Positions 26,916 through 39,530 of a stretch of DNA of 64,000 nt are shown here, piece by piece. The stretch's first letter is position 1. The number at the start of each line of letters is the position of its first letter. The notes under the pieces are model-generated. The model saw only the letters and a program-made list of their open reading frames with translations, had not been told where the DNA came from and searched no databases. A program made the position numbers and the translations under genes. This DNA comes from Squalus acanthias (lineage: Eukaryota), in contig CM059431.1 of NCBI GenBank assembly GCA_030390025.1, positions 120,282,001 through 120,346,000 on the forward strand, in the 5' to 3' direction.

Positions 26916-27672
26916 GGCCCAGAAATTAGACTTCGATGGTTGCCGCGGGGGTAAGGATCGTGCGCGATCTTACCTACCGCGCCTGCCTTTATGGTTCGGG
27001 CCCACACGAACTTCTGGTCCTGGGCCTCTCCCTGGTGCCGGCGCGCAGTGTGTGCGTGTCCCAGAGGCGCAGTTAGTTCGATGCGACCTCTGGGATCACG
27101 TGGGCCAGTTAGAGCCAATGGCAGCACACCATCTTTCATTCATAGTTTTGACAGGAGCACTGTCAAAACTATGAATACAACTTGCCCCCAAAAGAACAGC
27201 TAAACCTCAATTAAATTTAAAAAAACCATCACATTAATAAAATAACTATAGTTAAATAAATTAACCACTTTAAACAAAAATTAAAATTTTTGAAAAAATT
27301 TAAATTCTTTTTAAAAGTTATAAAAATAAACTTACCTTTCTTTAAAGTCACTAAAAAAGATAAACCTGTTGAAAAAAATTAAAATAATACTTAATTAACT
27401 ACTTACCTTGTTAAAAGGGGGTCTTACGTCTCCTTTTTTCATGTGTAAAATCTTCCATACTTACCCTCGCGTTCAAACCTGAAAAAAAACCTAAGTGTGC
27501 TGCGTGCGCACAGCCTCTAGTGCGCACGCGGTTCACTTAGGAACCGCCCCCTTTGCAATATCGGAAGTGCCGGTTTCCCGCGCATGCGCAGTGCATGCAG
27601 GAAACCGGCACTTCGGGACCGAATACGGGTGAGTACACAGTGCGTACTCTCCCGTATTCGGCCGAATTTCTG
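26916..27672. mobile_element. MITE family B (opposite orientation to the 20894 copy), right TIR eroded
   Basis: ATT|GGCCCAGAAATT start, collinear with 46586-47081, ends AATTTCTG. Confidence 0.85.
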
Positions 27673-28335
27673 AAGTGGCAATCGAAATGGTGGTAGATGG
27701 CTGTTTTGCTGTAGTCAAATTTATAAACATAAAGTCATGAACTTTAATAGCTGAAAAAACAGCCGATTGCAACACACCTGTGCTGGGTTGCACTTCTCCT
27801 GGAACTAATGTCTCGACTGATTGTTAGAAAGTGTCATTAATCCATATGTAAGGTTTAATTTGAAACATTGGTCTTGGGGCTTTGCACAGGCCTCTCTTAC
27901 AGTTGCATATTACTTTATCAGTTATTAGTACTTTTGGGGTTGTGTCAGGTATTTTTTGAAGCTATTTGGCTGTTTTCTGAGTTTCAAAAGTTGGCATGTA
28001 TGATCGCATTCTTCTATTCCAAGAAACTGTCCGCCATCAAACACCATCTCAGGTGGAGGAAATGTACTGGCAGTTTTTACCTCGACCGAGCCCCAGCTCA
28101 AAGCCTTGAGAAGAAACAGTAAGGGCCATTCTCTAAGTCGGCGCAGTCAAAGCGCCCACCATTTTCCCAGATGTGTAGGAGGCCGGCGAGATTCCCCACT
28201 TGCCGCATGCATAGTAATATGGATGATGCCACGATAATGTTACCCCGGATACACTGAAGAAGAATTTCAAATCAGACCAGTCAACACGCTGGGGAGGGGG
28301 TGAATTTCCATGAGGGTTATCCCGCTCGTTCATCG

Positions 28336-28406
28336 CAACCTAGGGATGGGCAATAAGTGCTGGCCTTGCCAGTGACGCCCACATCCCATAAACAAATTAA
28401 AAAAAA
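28336..28406 (+). mobile_element. LINE-A 3' tail only
   Basis: CTAGGGATGGGCAATAAGTGCTGGCCTTGCCAG..(A)n, as at 1810-1875. Confidence 0.85.
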
Positions 28407-29045
28407 CTTCAGCAGAAGAGCCACGGAAACCCTGGAAAAAGTTCTAATTGGCATTCACACCAATTTTCTGGGCTTTCTGTGGCTCTTTTGACGAAGGTAT
28501 GGCAGACAAGCAGGAGGATTTCCCCATTGGTACTCAGCCCTGTTATTCATAAGGCATTGGAAAGTAGCACAGACCACATTGTGGTGCCTTAAACTGGACC
28601 ACCCCTCGGATGGAGTGAAATGCCATCTTCGACCATCCATCAGTACGTAGAGATACTAGCCAAGGGCAAGCGTACTAATATACTTAGCATTAGACAAAAA
28701 GTCTAAAGAGTCATCAACTCAAGACAACATCAATTTACCTTTAACAATCACTACATTTAATGATCTGCAGTCAACACAGAATCTAGCTTCTCGGGTATCT
28801 TCGGGAGTACAAAGACAAGAAACACCCACAGCTCAATAATCTAATCTGCTAGCATTTTCTCAACATGGGCTGGCAACACTCTTTTCACCAATGACCTGCA
28901 GTATAATGTTCTCCTTTGTGTCAGTATAATGTGTGATTATTTTATTTCAACCTTGGTTTGTCAGAAAACAGAGTGGAGAATTTGCTTTTCACCAAAGCAT
29001 TTTTTGTGACATGTTGCCAGCGATGTGTTTAGCAATTAATTCAAA

Positions 29046-29880
29046 GGGGGCGATCTTGCCAGCCCTGGGGAGGTGGGTATGGAGGCGGGACTGCCAGGAA
29101 AATGGCAGAATTTGGGGGCGGGTGCCCAACCTGCCTCCATGCCATCTTGCCAGGAGGCGGGTAGCCGTCCCGCGCCGGGTCCCGTCTCCTTGGAGGCAGG
29201 AAGGGATTAAAGCCTATTAACTGACTGTTAACAGGTAGTTAACTGGCAGAAAATAGGATTATCCCCTTTTTGCCCTTACAAGTGCGGGCTTTCCGAAGGC
29301 TCCAAAACCCGCCAGGTCACTGAGGTGAGTACTGGGTCTGCGGGGGCCGGGGGGGGTGCAAAGGTGTGGTGTGAAGGTAAGTGATGGGTGCAAGAGTGGA
29401 GAGGTGAGTATCTGAGGTAAGTGCAAAGTGTTAGTAAAAGTGTACTTACCTTTGTTTCTTCCTGCAGGTTTCAGTCGGTGTGTATGCGGAGAGTCTCGGA
29501 CCTCCGTGTTGCAGATGAGAGATGGCCGTTGCATTCTCAGATGCAACAACCGTCTAATTTCTGTAAAAGAAAGAAGTTTGATGAGGTCTTGAATTCAAGA
29601 CCTCATCAAACTACAGAGAATGTCACTGTTTGACAGCTTCACAGAGCTGTCAAACGATTAAAATTCATCTGTCAAATTTTTTTGACAGATGAAACGTCAT
29701 ACGTTGACGTTCTCTGCAACTGGCTTTCCCTTAATTGGCCAGCTAAGCCCACTGGGCAGGCTTAACATAGTCAATCAAGGGAAAATAGCGTGGGTTGGTC
29801 ACAAATCGATGGAGGCGGGACATCGACCCGCCAAGCAGCAGTCCCGCCTCCAACGCGCCCCCATTGGCAAAATCGCCCCC
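29046..29880. mobile_element. MITE family C (835 bp)
   Basis: TIR GGGGGCGATCTTGCCA / rc GGGGGCGATTTTGCCA, TSD AAA. Collinear with 33071-33906. Confidence 0.92.
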
Positions 29881-32059
29881 AAATTGTTCTTCAACATCCT
29901 TGGGCAAGTCTTGTCCGAAATAATTGATTGGCTGCCTTACATTGTGCCTCCCCCGTCTGTTGTGGGACAAACTTAGCTGAGGTTTCTGCAATGAGTACCT
30001 GTGGGTTGGTAGATCTATCAAAAGGCTGTTTATTATACTCAAAACCGCAGGGATTCAGATTAAACTCTGGGACTTGATAAGAAACTATCTTAAGGCTAGA
30101 AAACAATGAGCACTCATGAGAGGAGTTATTTCGGAGTGTGGGGCAGTGCTGAATGGGTACCTCATGGCTAAGTGCTGGGATCACTACCATTTCCAATTCA
30201 CATAAATGACGGAGATTCACAAATTCCTATAAACAATCCCAGTGCATTTGGTGCTCATGGAATTTGCTCTAAGTAAGGCTGGATGTACATAAGATCTGCT
30301 GGTCAACTCTGGAATATCATTGACGAGTCTTACCTCATTATATGGCATGTGTGTCTAGTAGGGCTGTTAATTGCCTATAGTTAATGCAGCCAGTCAGGTG
30401 AGGATCCCTATTGTCAAGGCATCATTTTCCCTGAATGTTGCAAATGCATTTGAGTCCCGTTATTCTACCCCTGTCTGATTGGTGCCATTTTGTACTGGGA
30501 AACTCTTGAAGGCAGTTATTGTTCTTTCCTGTCAGTGACTTCCTTGGCTATAATTATCTCTTCCCCATTAGAAAAAATATGATTCTGAAGAGTTGCATTG
30601 GGCAGGTACAGATTGTTAATCTGGGCACACCACAGCCAAAACATTTAGTCTATCAATCCCTTGCTGGAGATAATAACATTCCACATAAATGTGCATTGTC
30701 CCAAATCTGCTACACACTTTTTCTGCTTGGAATATCAGTTCAGGGATAGCTGATAAATCTACAGACTCCAGTGCAATCTAATAATTCTTGGTAAGCTTTC
30801 TCAAAATTACTGAGGTTTGATATGAGTCTGCTGAAGGTAACAACAACATTCTGAGCTGCACTACTATGGAGCACATAAACATGGGCAGTGAGTCCTCAGG
30901 CTAATATGTTCTAGCTAGGATTACCTATAGGACAAAGTCCTCCCTACCAGGAGGTAAGAAAACTTGCTCAAACAATTTGGAGAATTCCTTCCATGTCATA
31001 ATTTACCTTTGGCAAACTAAGAACTAGGCCGGAATTTTACGGGGTGGTTGCAGACGCGATCGGAGGTGGGTCGGGTGGGAAAATTGATATTTTTGGGAGC
31101 AGGTCGGGAATCCGCCATCATCCCACCAACACGTGCCTTTCCCTCTGGCAAGTTTGCCAGTGCGGCAGCGACCCCACTGGCAGAGGCGGGCGACCTAATT
31201 GAAATCATTATAACTTTGTTTTCAGACAGTTAAGCACCTTTTCCCCCCTACTTTTTAAATTTACCTGGATGGCCACGGGACTCACGCTGCTCAGGAACCA
31301 TGTCTGTCAACCTGAGGTGGGAGTTGTGTAGCCATTGCTCCAGCTGATTAGTTGACAGCACAAAATGTACTATAAAAGCTCCTACCTGACAGCTAATCAC
31401 TTTCCTCAGGCAGAAGCTGTTCCTCGCTGCATTCCCAGTACAGATTCTGCAGGCTGCAAGTCTTTCCAACAAAGCCTCCGTTCAATTTCACCTCATTGGA
31501 AGAACTCTCTCACCATTAACAGATTGTTTCTGTCATCACTACTTCACCTGCCATCTATTCCATCAACATGGGTGCTGTTTTACTGTCTCACCTTGGTCCT
31601 CAGAATCGGACCACAATGAGCCCCAACACCAGCAGCAGCACCAACAACAACACCACCAACCTTCTCCGCAATCACCTAATGCTGCACAGGACACAGGGCA
31701 TCAGCACCCGAGCACATTGCTGCCCGGGAGTCTCATCATGGCCAAATTTACTTAACTTGACGCTGTACACCCATATGGCTGCCAAATGATGCGCCAGGTT
31801 GGCACCACCCCACAGCAACACCATAAAGCATCCCTACAATGACCAAGCCATTCCTCTCACATTCACCACCATTTCTGGAGGTACCGTCATATCTCACCAT
31901 TCACTGCAACTCACTAAGCCACTTCCAAAGGTGCACGCAAATGTGTCCAAGATGGGAACGTGTTGAAAATAAAGATTTTTATTTTTGACAGCACATTAAT
32001 GGAAACCTTACATAAACATTGGATAAAACACCGAAGTGGCTACCCTTGTGAATCTACCT

Positions 32060-34395
32060 GTGTGTCAACTTTATCTTCTGCGTGCTTCTATGAGGTGCTA
32101 GCCCTGTGGCTTCAGCAGAGGTAGAGGCAGCCTGCTCAATACCCTTCCACCAAGGAGTTGGAGAGCATCTTACTGCACATCAGTGGGGCAATGAGGATTT
32201 ATGTCTACGCTGTCATCCCTCCTAGAGAAGAGGTCGATGAGCCTCTGCCATCTATTCTCCATACATAGCCATCTATTCTCCAGAGACACCACGTGCTCCT
32301 ATGAGTGGCGCATAAGCTGCTCCATGTAGGTGGCCATCCTATCCATGGAGGAGCCTACAGTCGCCGTCGCCTGCGACACAGTGGTGCTCATGTTGGAGAT
32401 GGACCCCTTCATTCTCTGAACATTTGCAGACATCGCAGTCGCAAAACCTGTCAGAGCCTCCTGCACTTCTTGCTGCACCGCCAGGATCGCCCTCTTTCTC
32501 GATGGCCCCTGAGGCTCAGCGTCTGCATGAAGCTGAGCAGAGCTGGGAGCGTCCTGCACCCTCCGGCGAGGAGTCTCCACTGCTGTCCCTGTCTCCACCA
32601 TCTGCTCTTGCGCACTTGTGAGTTGTGAGACACCAGGTGACAACACTACTCTATTTCGCGTGGGACCCACCAAAGTGTGCGTATCTGCACTGTTGCTGTG
32701 TGTGCTTATGTCTAGGTACAGATATCATTATGCACATGATGAACTTTCACTGGCTGCTGACATCAGTCCCCATATGAGTGACTGATGTATGCTATGTGGC
32801 TGTATGAGATGTAATTCTGTCACCAGGTTGCTGAGATGCCCGCTCTCTCCATCTCCCACCTCCAGCTACTCGGCGACTCCAGATATTTCTAAAGCAGCCT
32901 CCTCTGCTGTTGTAACGTTTGCAAATGATGGAGGTCCACTGCTGGTTCTCCCCCTCTCCCACTTATTTTGGGCTCTCTTTCCCTGCAAGGTGGGAAAGAA
33001 GAGAAGGTTGAGTGAGAGCGATGGAATGATTGTAAGGAATAGATGAGTTAGATCTTTAGAGGGAGACTATGGGAGGAATTTTGCCAGCCCTGGGGAGGCG
33101 GGTATGGAGGCGAGACAGCCGGGAAAATGGCAGAAACTGGGAGCGGGTACTGACCCCGCTCCCAACCCGCCTCCATGCCATCTTACCGGGAGGCGGGTCC
33201 CGAGTCGCACAGGGACCCGTCTCCTTGAGGCGGGAAGGGGATTACAGCCATTTAAATGCCTGTTAACAGGTAGTTAACAGGCAATTAAGAGGATTATTCC
33301 CATTTTACCCCTGCAAGCGTGGGCTTCCCGATGGCTGCGAACCTCGCCAGGGTCAGCGAGGCAAGCAGTGGGTCTGCGGGGGTGAGAGGAATCGAAAATT
33401 GCGCTGTGGAGGTGAGTGATGGGTGCAAGTGTGGAGAGGTAAATATGAGAGGTGAGTGTAAAGTGTTAGAAAAAGTTTACTTACCTTTGTTTCTTCCTGC
33501 AGGCTTCAACCCTTGGGGACCTGGAGGTGCCTCATCTCAACGGCAGAGATGACAGAATGGCTGCTGCATTCTCAGATGCAGCAGCCATCTGATTTCTACT
33601 GAGGAGAGAGGTCTTGGTGGGCCTGCGTGCAAGGGCTCACTTTAGAACAGAGATTGTCAGTGTTTGACAGCTTCTCAAAGCTGTCAAATGCTGACAATTC
33701 ATCTGTCAAAAATTTTTGACAGATGAAACATCATACGCTGATGTTCTCTGTCACCAGCTGTCCCGCAATTGGCCGGCTAAGCCCGCAGGGCGGGCTTAAC
33801 AAGGTCAATCAAGGGAAAATAGCGTGAGTTGGCCGGACATCATTGGAGGCGGAACTAAAACCTGAAAACGAGCAGTCCCTGCCCCAACATTGACAAAATC
33901 CAGCCCTATGATGCAGTGGGGTGCCAAAGCCAAGTGGCCTCTTTGTGTGTTTTTAGTTGGTATGATTGCACTAGGATGAGGGTGAGTGTGAGGGGTGGCT
34001 AGTGAGATGGGGATGTGATAGATAGAGAGGGATGGTGGAGGTGCCAGGTATGTTGGTGTGAGTAAGGACTTACAGGAGTAGGGTTGGGAAGGCAGAGTGA
34101 TGGGGATGTGATGAGAGGCACAGCAGGATGGAGTTGAGTGTGGCTTTGGACTCAAGTTTCATGATCTATGGAAATCATTGAAACGTTTGCGGCACTGCAC
34201 CCAGGTCCTCCTGACCACATCCCTGCTGGTGACCTCCTCTGCAATCAGCAACCAGGCTGTTTTGGTCTCCTGGGGAGGTCACCTCTGCCCATTGAAAGGG
34301 AAGAGGACCTCCCTGCGTGCTCTGACTCCCTCCATAAGTATATGGAGGGAGTCATGGGAGAATCTGGGTGCAGCCCTCTGCCTCTGTGCAGTCAT
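32060..34395 (-). pseudogene. Harbinger Myb/SANT-like gene remnant (3 exons)
   Basis: Exon 1 about 34395-34155, exon 2 about 32984-32825, exon 3 partly deleted (VVLSPGVSQLTS.. ORF 32299-32673). Homologous to 54863-56780. Confidence 0.75.
33071..33906. mobile_element. MITE family C (836 bp) inserted in Myb intron 1
   Basis: TIR GGGAGGAATTTTGCCA / rc GGGCTGGATTTTGTCA, TSD TAT. The empty site GGGAGACTATGAT is visible in the paralogous intron at about 47352. Confidence 0.95.
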
Positions 34396-35159
34396 TGTCA
34401 GTGTTTGCAGCACTCCAATGCTATGGTGCACCGACAGCACTATGTTACATTGACATTCAAATGTAATGTGGCCATGGCCTCTTTAAAGATCCCGGCTGAA
34501 AAATGTGTCATGAATGACGTCACCAGAGCCGCACCATTTAATTGGGCTGGGTAATATGCAGGGCGGGTTTAATAGACCCTATTAACGTAAAGTTGTCCTG
34601 TGGAGCGAGATAGAACCAGCAACGGGGTTGCGACCCGACATGGCCACCTGCCCGCACCAGACCCGCCCAGGTAGGGAAAATGCCGGGCCGACTGTTCTGA
34701 TCACTTTTTCAGATAAAAAAGGGGTTTGGGAAATCAACCAGGCATTAATCTTCCCTGTCCTTTTCTTGTACCCTGACATCTGATTCAGCCAGTCACTCAG
34801 GGATTACACTCAATTGTTGTTAAACGAAGAGGATTGTTATCCTTTCATGGGCTATGGACATCCTAATAAATGGGGCCATGGAGACATTGTGCTGCCACTG
34901 ATAAATGAATGAATACATTTCCATGACTGCACATGATCCTCTTATATTTATGTTCAGTTTGGACTTTTTCACAACATGGCCATGTGACAGCTTCCATAAA
35001 CAGATCGAGTCACATATTAACTAAACTCTGTCTTTATTCTTTGCCTTATTTGGTTTTCTGTAGGCCAAAGCAAAACAAACTATAAATCACAACAAATTGC
35101 TAAAACCACTGTACAGATTTAATTTCAGATAAAATATAAACAGAAGCTAAACTAATGTA

Positions 35160-36712
35160 CTTTGAGATATGACATTAAACTGAACCCCTTCTGCCCTCTC
35201 AGGTGGACATTAAAGATCCTACCGCACTATTACGAAGAAGAGCAGAGAGTTCTACTGGTGCCCTGGCCAACATTTATCCCTCAACCAACATCGCTAAAAC
35301 AGATTATCTGGTCATTTATTTAATTGCTGTCTGTGGGAGCTTGCTGTGCACAAATTGGCTGCCACATTTCCTACATTACAACAGTGACTACTGTAGAGAT
35401 TCACGTATCTCTGGTAAACAGGATTGAGTGCAAACCAATATGGTGGGTATATTGTGTTTAATCAGACTTTAGGACGGAATATAACACACTCGTAATACAG
35501 CAAAAACATACGACCGTAACAAGCAGCTTGTACCGGACCCGATCAGACAGACAGCTGGCATGCATGAACAGTTCTCTGGCTTCTGGCCTCTCTCTCTCTC
35601 TCTCTCTCTAGGGCCTTCGATGGTGAGCATGGGATCAGTCTCAAAAGAGCGTTCAACCAGCCCAACTTCTCTTTTTAACTTCTGTTTGGCTCTCCCTTCC
35701 ACCGTCTGTGTGCAAGCCCTTGGGGTGTCACTTTTTATTCTCTTTTTAGAGGTGGGCCTGAGGCCAAGTTATTGACAAGACCATTTAACCTATAGAGGTT
35801 CCTCCAAAACTTCATCAACCAATGACAGCTCAAGTTCTTTGTATTGGTACTTGGATGAAAGCCCTCCCCTAAAGAGGGTCTCATTACTTCATCTTTGTTT
35901 TTACATTTTGAAGGTTCCTCCATTGGAATCCATCTTATCTCTTTTTACTCTCTCCCCCTTAACCCAGCAAGTACAAGGCCCGGCCCTGTCCTTCTGGCCC
36001 CAGCCAGAGCTGTCGCACATTAACCAGTCGCTATCTCACCATTCTGACCTTCATGATTCCCTCCCCTATTCTGCTGTGATCTTTTCTCTCAGAACTTTTA
36101 CATAGCCAGACTTCCCATGAATTACGCTGCTTTCAGTGTTCAATAGCTGTTGTTTTATACCTTTTTTTCCCTTTCAAAATACATAGCAACTTGCAGCTGC
36201 TTGGGCTATCTCACCTTCATCTAGCAAATGGCCCATTCTAAGATGGATACCTTAGCCTCCTCAAATTCCTTTCATTCTATGTCTTTTCCTAATTAACTTT
36301 TAATTATCTTCTCAAGCAGTTCTGCTAAACAAAACTCCAAATTCTATCTGTGGAGATTATAATATGATTATTAGTAATAATGGAAGAAACATAGGTTGGG
36401 CCTTTACTGGCCAAATTAAAGATACATTAACAAAGTCAAAACCCTAACTTACAAACAACAGATAACTAGCCTGGCAGGGCCATCCTATGGGCCCCCGTGT
36501 GGAATGTTTATGTTTCACCTTATCTAACTGATTTAAAAGACTGTCTCAAATTCTAATACAAGCTTTCCAGGAAAACGAAACTTATCATTGAAACACAGTA
36601 TTTTTAGGCACCCCTAGTTTCTAACACTACACTTCAAAGATACTTTGTTGGTGGTAAAGCGCTTTGGGACATCCTGAGGTCTGGAAATGCGCTATATAAA
36701 ATCAAGTCTTTC
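35160..36712 (+). mobile_element. Deu-domain SINE (AmnSINE/SacSINE-like) split by an LTR
   Basis: CTGCCCTCTCAGGTGGAC..CAGATTATCTGGTCATT..GGGAGCTTGCTGTGCACAAATTGGCTGCC..ACAGTGACTAC|ACTTCAAA..AAAGCGCTTTGGGACATCCTGAGG..GCGCTATATAAA with an L2-like tail. Confidence 0.8.
35392..36626 (-). mobile_element. Solo LTR-like insertion (1235 bp)
   Basis: TGTAGAGA...TTCTAACA termini and 4-bp TSD CTAC. Removing it restores the SINE. No coding capacity recognised. Strand inferred from AATAAA/ATTAAA on minus. Confidence 0.8.
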
Positions 36713-36889
36713 ATTTTATGTAGTACAATAAATAGATTACATTGCAAGGGTCAATTTCCAACCTTCCACTGCCAGCGGGCAAGCGTAGTGGACGCCCTGA
36801 CCTGCACTCGCCCGATTTCCACCACAGTTGAAAATTGGCCACTCTTCCCTTTCAAAGCAAACCTTCAATTTGATTAATTTGGAGTCATA

Positions 36890-37630
36890 GGGGTTGATAT
36901 TGATATTAACCCCCTCATGACAGGTGGGAGAGGATCGGTGGGGGGGGGGGTTAAAAATAAAAATCGGGAAATGCGTCCCCAACCTGCCGCGTATTCTCCT
37001 GCCGCCATTTTTACGGTGGTGCGTTGTGTGGCATGCGAGTGTCCCATCTTGGAGAGGTATTGAAATATTTAAATCAGTCTACCTGGCAGGAAACCTGGCA
37101 GCGAAATGGAGGTGGCGGCTGTTGGCTGCAGCAGGTAAGTGCTTTTACAGCACTGCTTGTGGGCCAGGAGGAGCAGGAGTGCTCCCCACCGGCCCCACAA
37201 GCAAACCTTTGGCCTCCCCTCTGCCGCATTTAGCATCTCCACACTACCGCAATCGGTGACCCCACCCCCAAACCCCCGTTCTTGAGCCTCCAGCCCCGCG
37301 ATCGGCTGACCAACTCCTCCAAGCCCGATCTTTCCATCCCTCCTCCCTCCCATTTGACAGGCTCCAACCACCGGCCCCCTCCCACCACGGCCCAATCTCT
37401 CCCTCCCAGTTGCCGTCCCCAACGGTCCCCAGCTGCGGCCTCCTGTCACAGGCATTCCTGCCCGGCAGCCACCCAGGCTTTCAGTCTAGCCGGCTGCTGG
37501 CCAGGAAATGGAAGATGGAAATGATAATGACGTCCTGCCGTTATAGTTGGCTGGACATCCGCGTCCCCGGGATTTCTGGGATTCCCCATCAATATTGTGC
37601 TCCCCCACACCCTCCCCGCAAATATCAGAA
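36890..37630. mobile_element. GC-rich MITE-like element
   Basis: GGGGTTGATATT start and AATATCAG end. Interior resembles Harbinger subterminal sequence. Confidence 0.4.
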
Positions 37631-38300
37631 CTGTAGTTTTCTGGGGCTCTGAAGCATATAAAGCATCTACAAGTAGCCATTAGAGTTTACAATGAAGTAC
37701 ATGGCATACAGTAATGATTAGCACAACTTTACAATTATACAAATACACTTGGCTGGAATTTTCTGGGGTCCATGCGGGCACGATTGGAGGCGGGTCAGGT
37801 GGGAAATTTGCAATATCTTGGAACGGGTTGGGAACTCGCCATCATCCCGCCCCACACGCATCTTTCCCTCGGGTGCGTTTGCTGGCGTGGCAGCGACCCA
37901 AATGGCAGAGGCAGGCGAGCTAATTTAAATCATTATCAGGTAGTTGTCAGACCCTTAGGAGTCTTTTTAAACCTACCTTTCAACTTTCCCTGGATGGCCA
38001 CGGGAATCACGCAGCTCAGGAAACACGTCTGTCAACCTGAGGAGGAAGTTGAGTGGCCATTGATCCAGCTGATTAGTGCACAGCATGGAAAGTACAATAA
38101 AAACTCCCACCTCACAGCTGATCACTTTCCTCAGGCAGATGCTGTTGCTGACTGCATTGCCAGCACAGATTTAGCTTTCTACAGGCTGCAAGTATTTCCA
38201 GCAAAGTCGCCAACCAGTGTCACCTCATTGTTAGAACCTATCACATCATTGACAGATTGCATCTCTCATCTCCACTTGACCTGCCATCTATTCCATCAGC

Positions 38301-39530
38301 ATAGCTGCCGTCTATACTGTCTCACCTTGGTCCTCAGAATCGAGCACGATGAGCCTCAACACCAAGCACACCAACAACAACACCACCAACCTTCTCCTCA
38401 ACCACCTGATGCTGCACAGGACAGATGACATCAGCGCAGAGCTGCACCGCACCGGTGGCGATACCCCCAACACAGGGTATACAGGCAGAGGATGAGCTTC
38501 CTCAACATGACGGAGCAGCAGTGCCAAAGGAGGCTCAGGTTATTGCTCCAGGTCATCGCAGACATTTGCACATCGCTGGAGCAAGACCTGCAGCCCAAAG
38601 GAGTGGGTGGACACACCTTGCCAGTGGCTATCAAAGTCACCAGCGTACTCAATTTCTACGCCTCAGGCTCTTTCCAAGGATCTGCAGCAGACAGTTGTGG
38701 CATCTCACAGTCGGCCACCCACAGATGCATCACACAGGTCATCGATGCCCTGTTTGACAAGTCAGCAAATTATATCAACTTTGCCACTGATGAAGACAGT
38801 GTTACTGAGCGGGCAATCGGCTTTGCCACTCTGGCTGGCTTCCCACGGGTGCAGTGCATTATCGACTACACATGTGACCATCAGGGCACCCCATCATCAC
38901 CCAGGAGGCTTTGTCAACCGCAAGGGCTTCCACTCCCTCAATGTGCAGCTCGTCTCCAACGATAGGAAAATCATCATGCATGTGTGCGTCAAATTCTCTG
39001 GCAGCTGCCATGACTCTTTCATCTTGCGCCAGTCCAGCCTCCCTCAGCTCTTCACTCCTCCAAACAGACTTTCCGGCTGGCTGCTTGGCGACAAGGGCTA
39101 TCCACTGAAGACGTGGCTCATGACAACTTTGAGGATGCCAAGTACTGAGGTCCAGGAGAGATATAATGAAAGCCATATTTCCAACAGATGTGTCATAGAG
39201 CAGACAATAGGCATGCTGAAAATGCGCTTCAGATGCCTTGACACACCTGGAGGAGCCTTCAGTACGCACCAGCCAGGGTCTCCAGTATTGTTGTGGTCTG
39301 CTGCACCCTGCACACCATAGTGCAGCATCGAGGTTTTGCGCTGCATGAGGAGCTAGGCATTGAGCGTACAGCCTCTTCAGAGAAGGACGAGGAGGAGCAT
39401 CAGCTGGAAGATGAGAAGGAGGAGGATCAGGAGGAACCTGCGGTACAGATCCCACCAGCATCCGAGCTCATTGCTGCCTGGGAGGCCAGGATGGCCTCAC
39501 CATGGCCAGATTTACTTCACTTGATGCTGT
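38301..39530 (+). pseudogene. Harbinger DDE transposase (HARBI1-like, DDE_Tnp_4), frameshifted
   Basis: [77 protein letters not shown] and an acidic tail, spread across ORFs 38492, 38607 and 39293. Start approximate. Confidence 0.93.

Larger units (their letters stand above)
31026..34690. mobile_element. Non-autonomous Harbinger derivative (transposase deleted, Myb gene retained)
   Basis: Ends AGGCCGGAATTTT / AAAATGCCGGGCCG with ACT on both sides. Collinear with 37750-48130 except for about 1 kb missing at about 31705 and deletions in Myb exon 3. Confidence 0.85.

Noticed and set aside
38301..39530. Domesticated host HARBI1 gene
   Set aside because: At least two frameshifts, flanked by TIRs, and paralogous derivatives lie in the same window.
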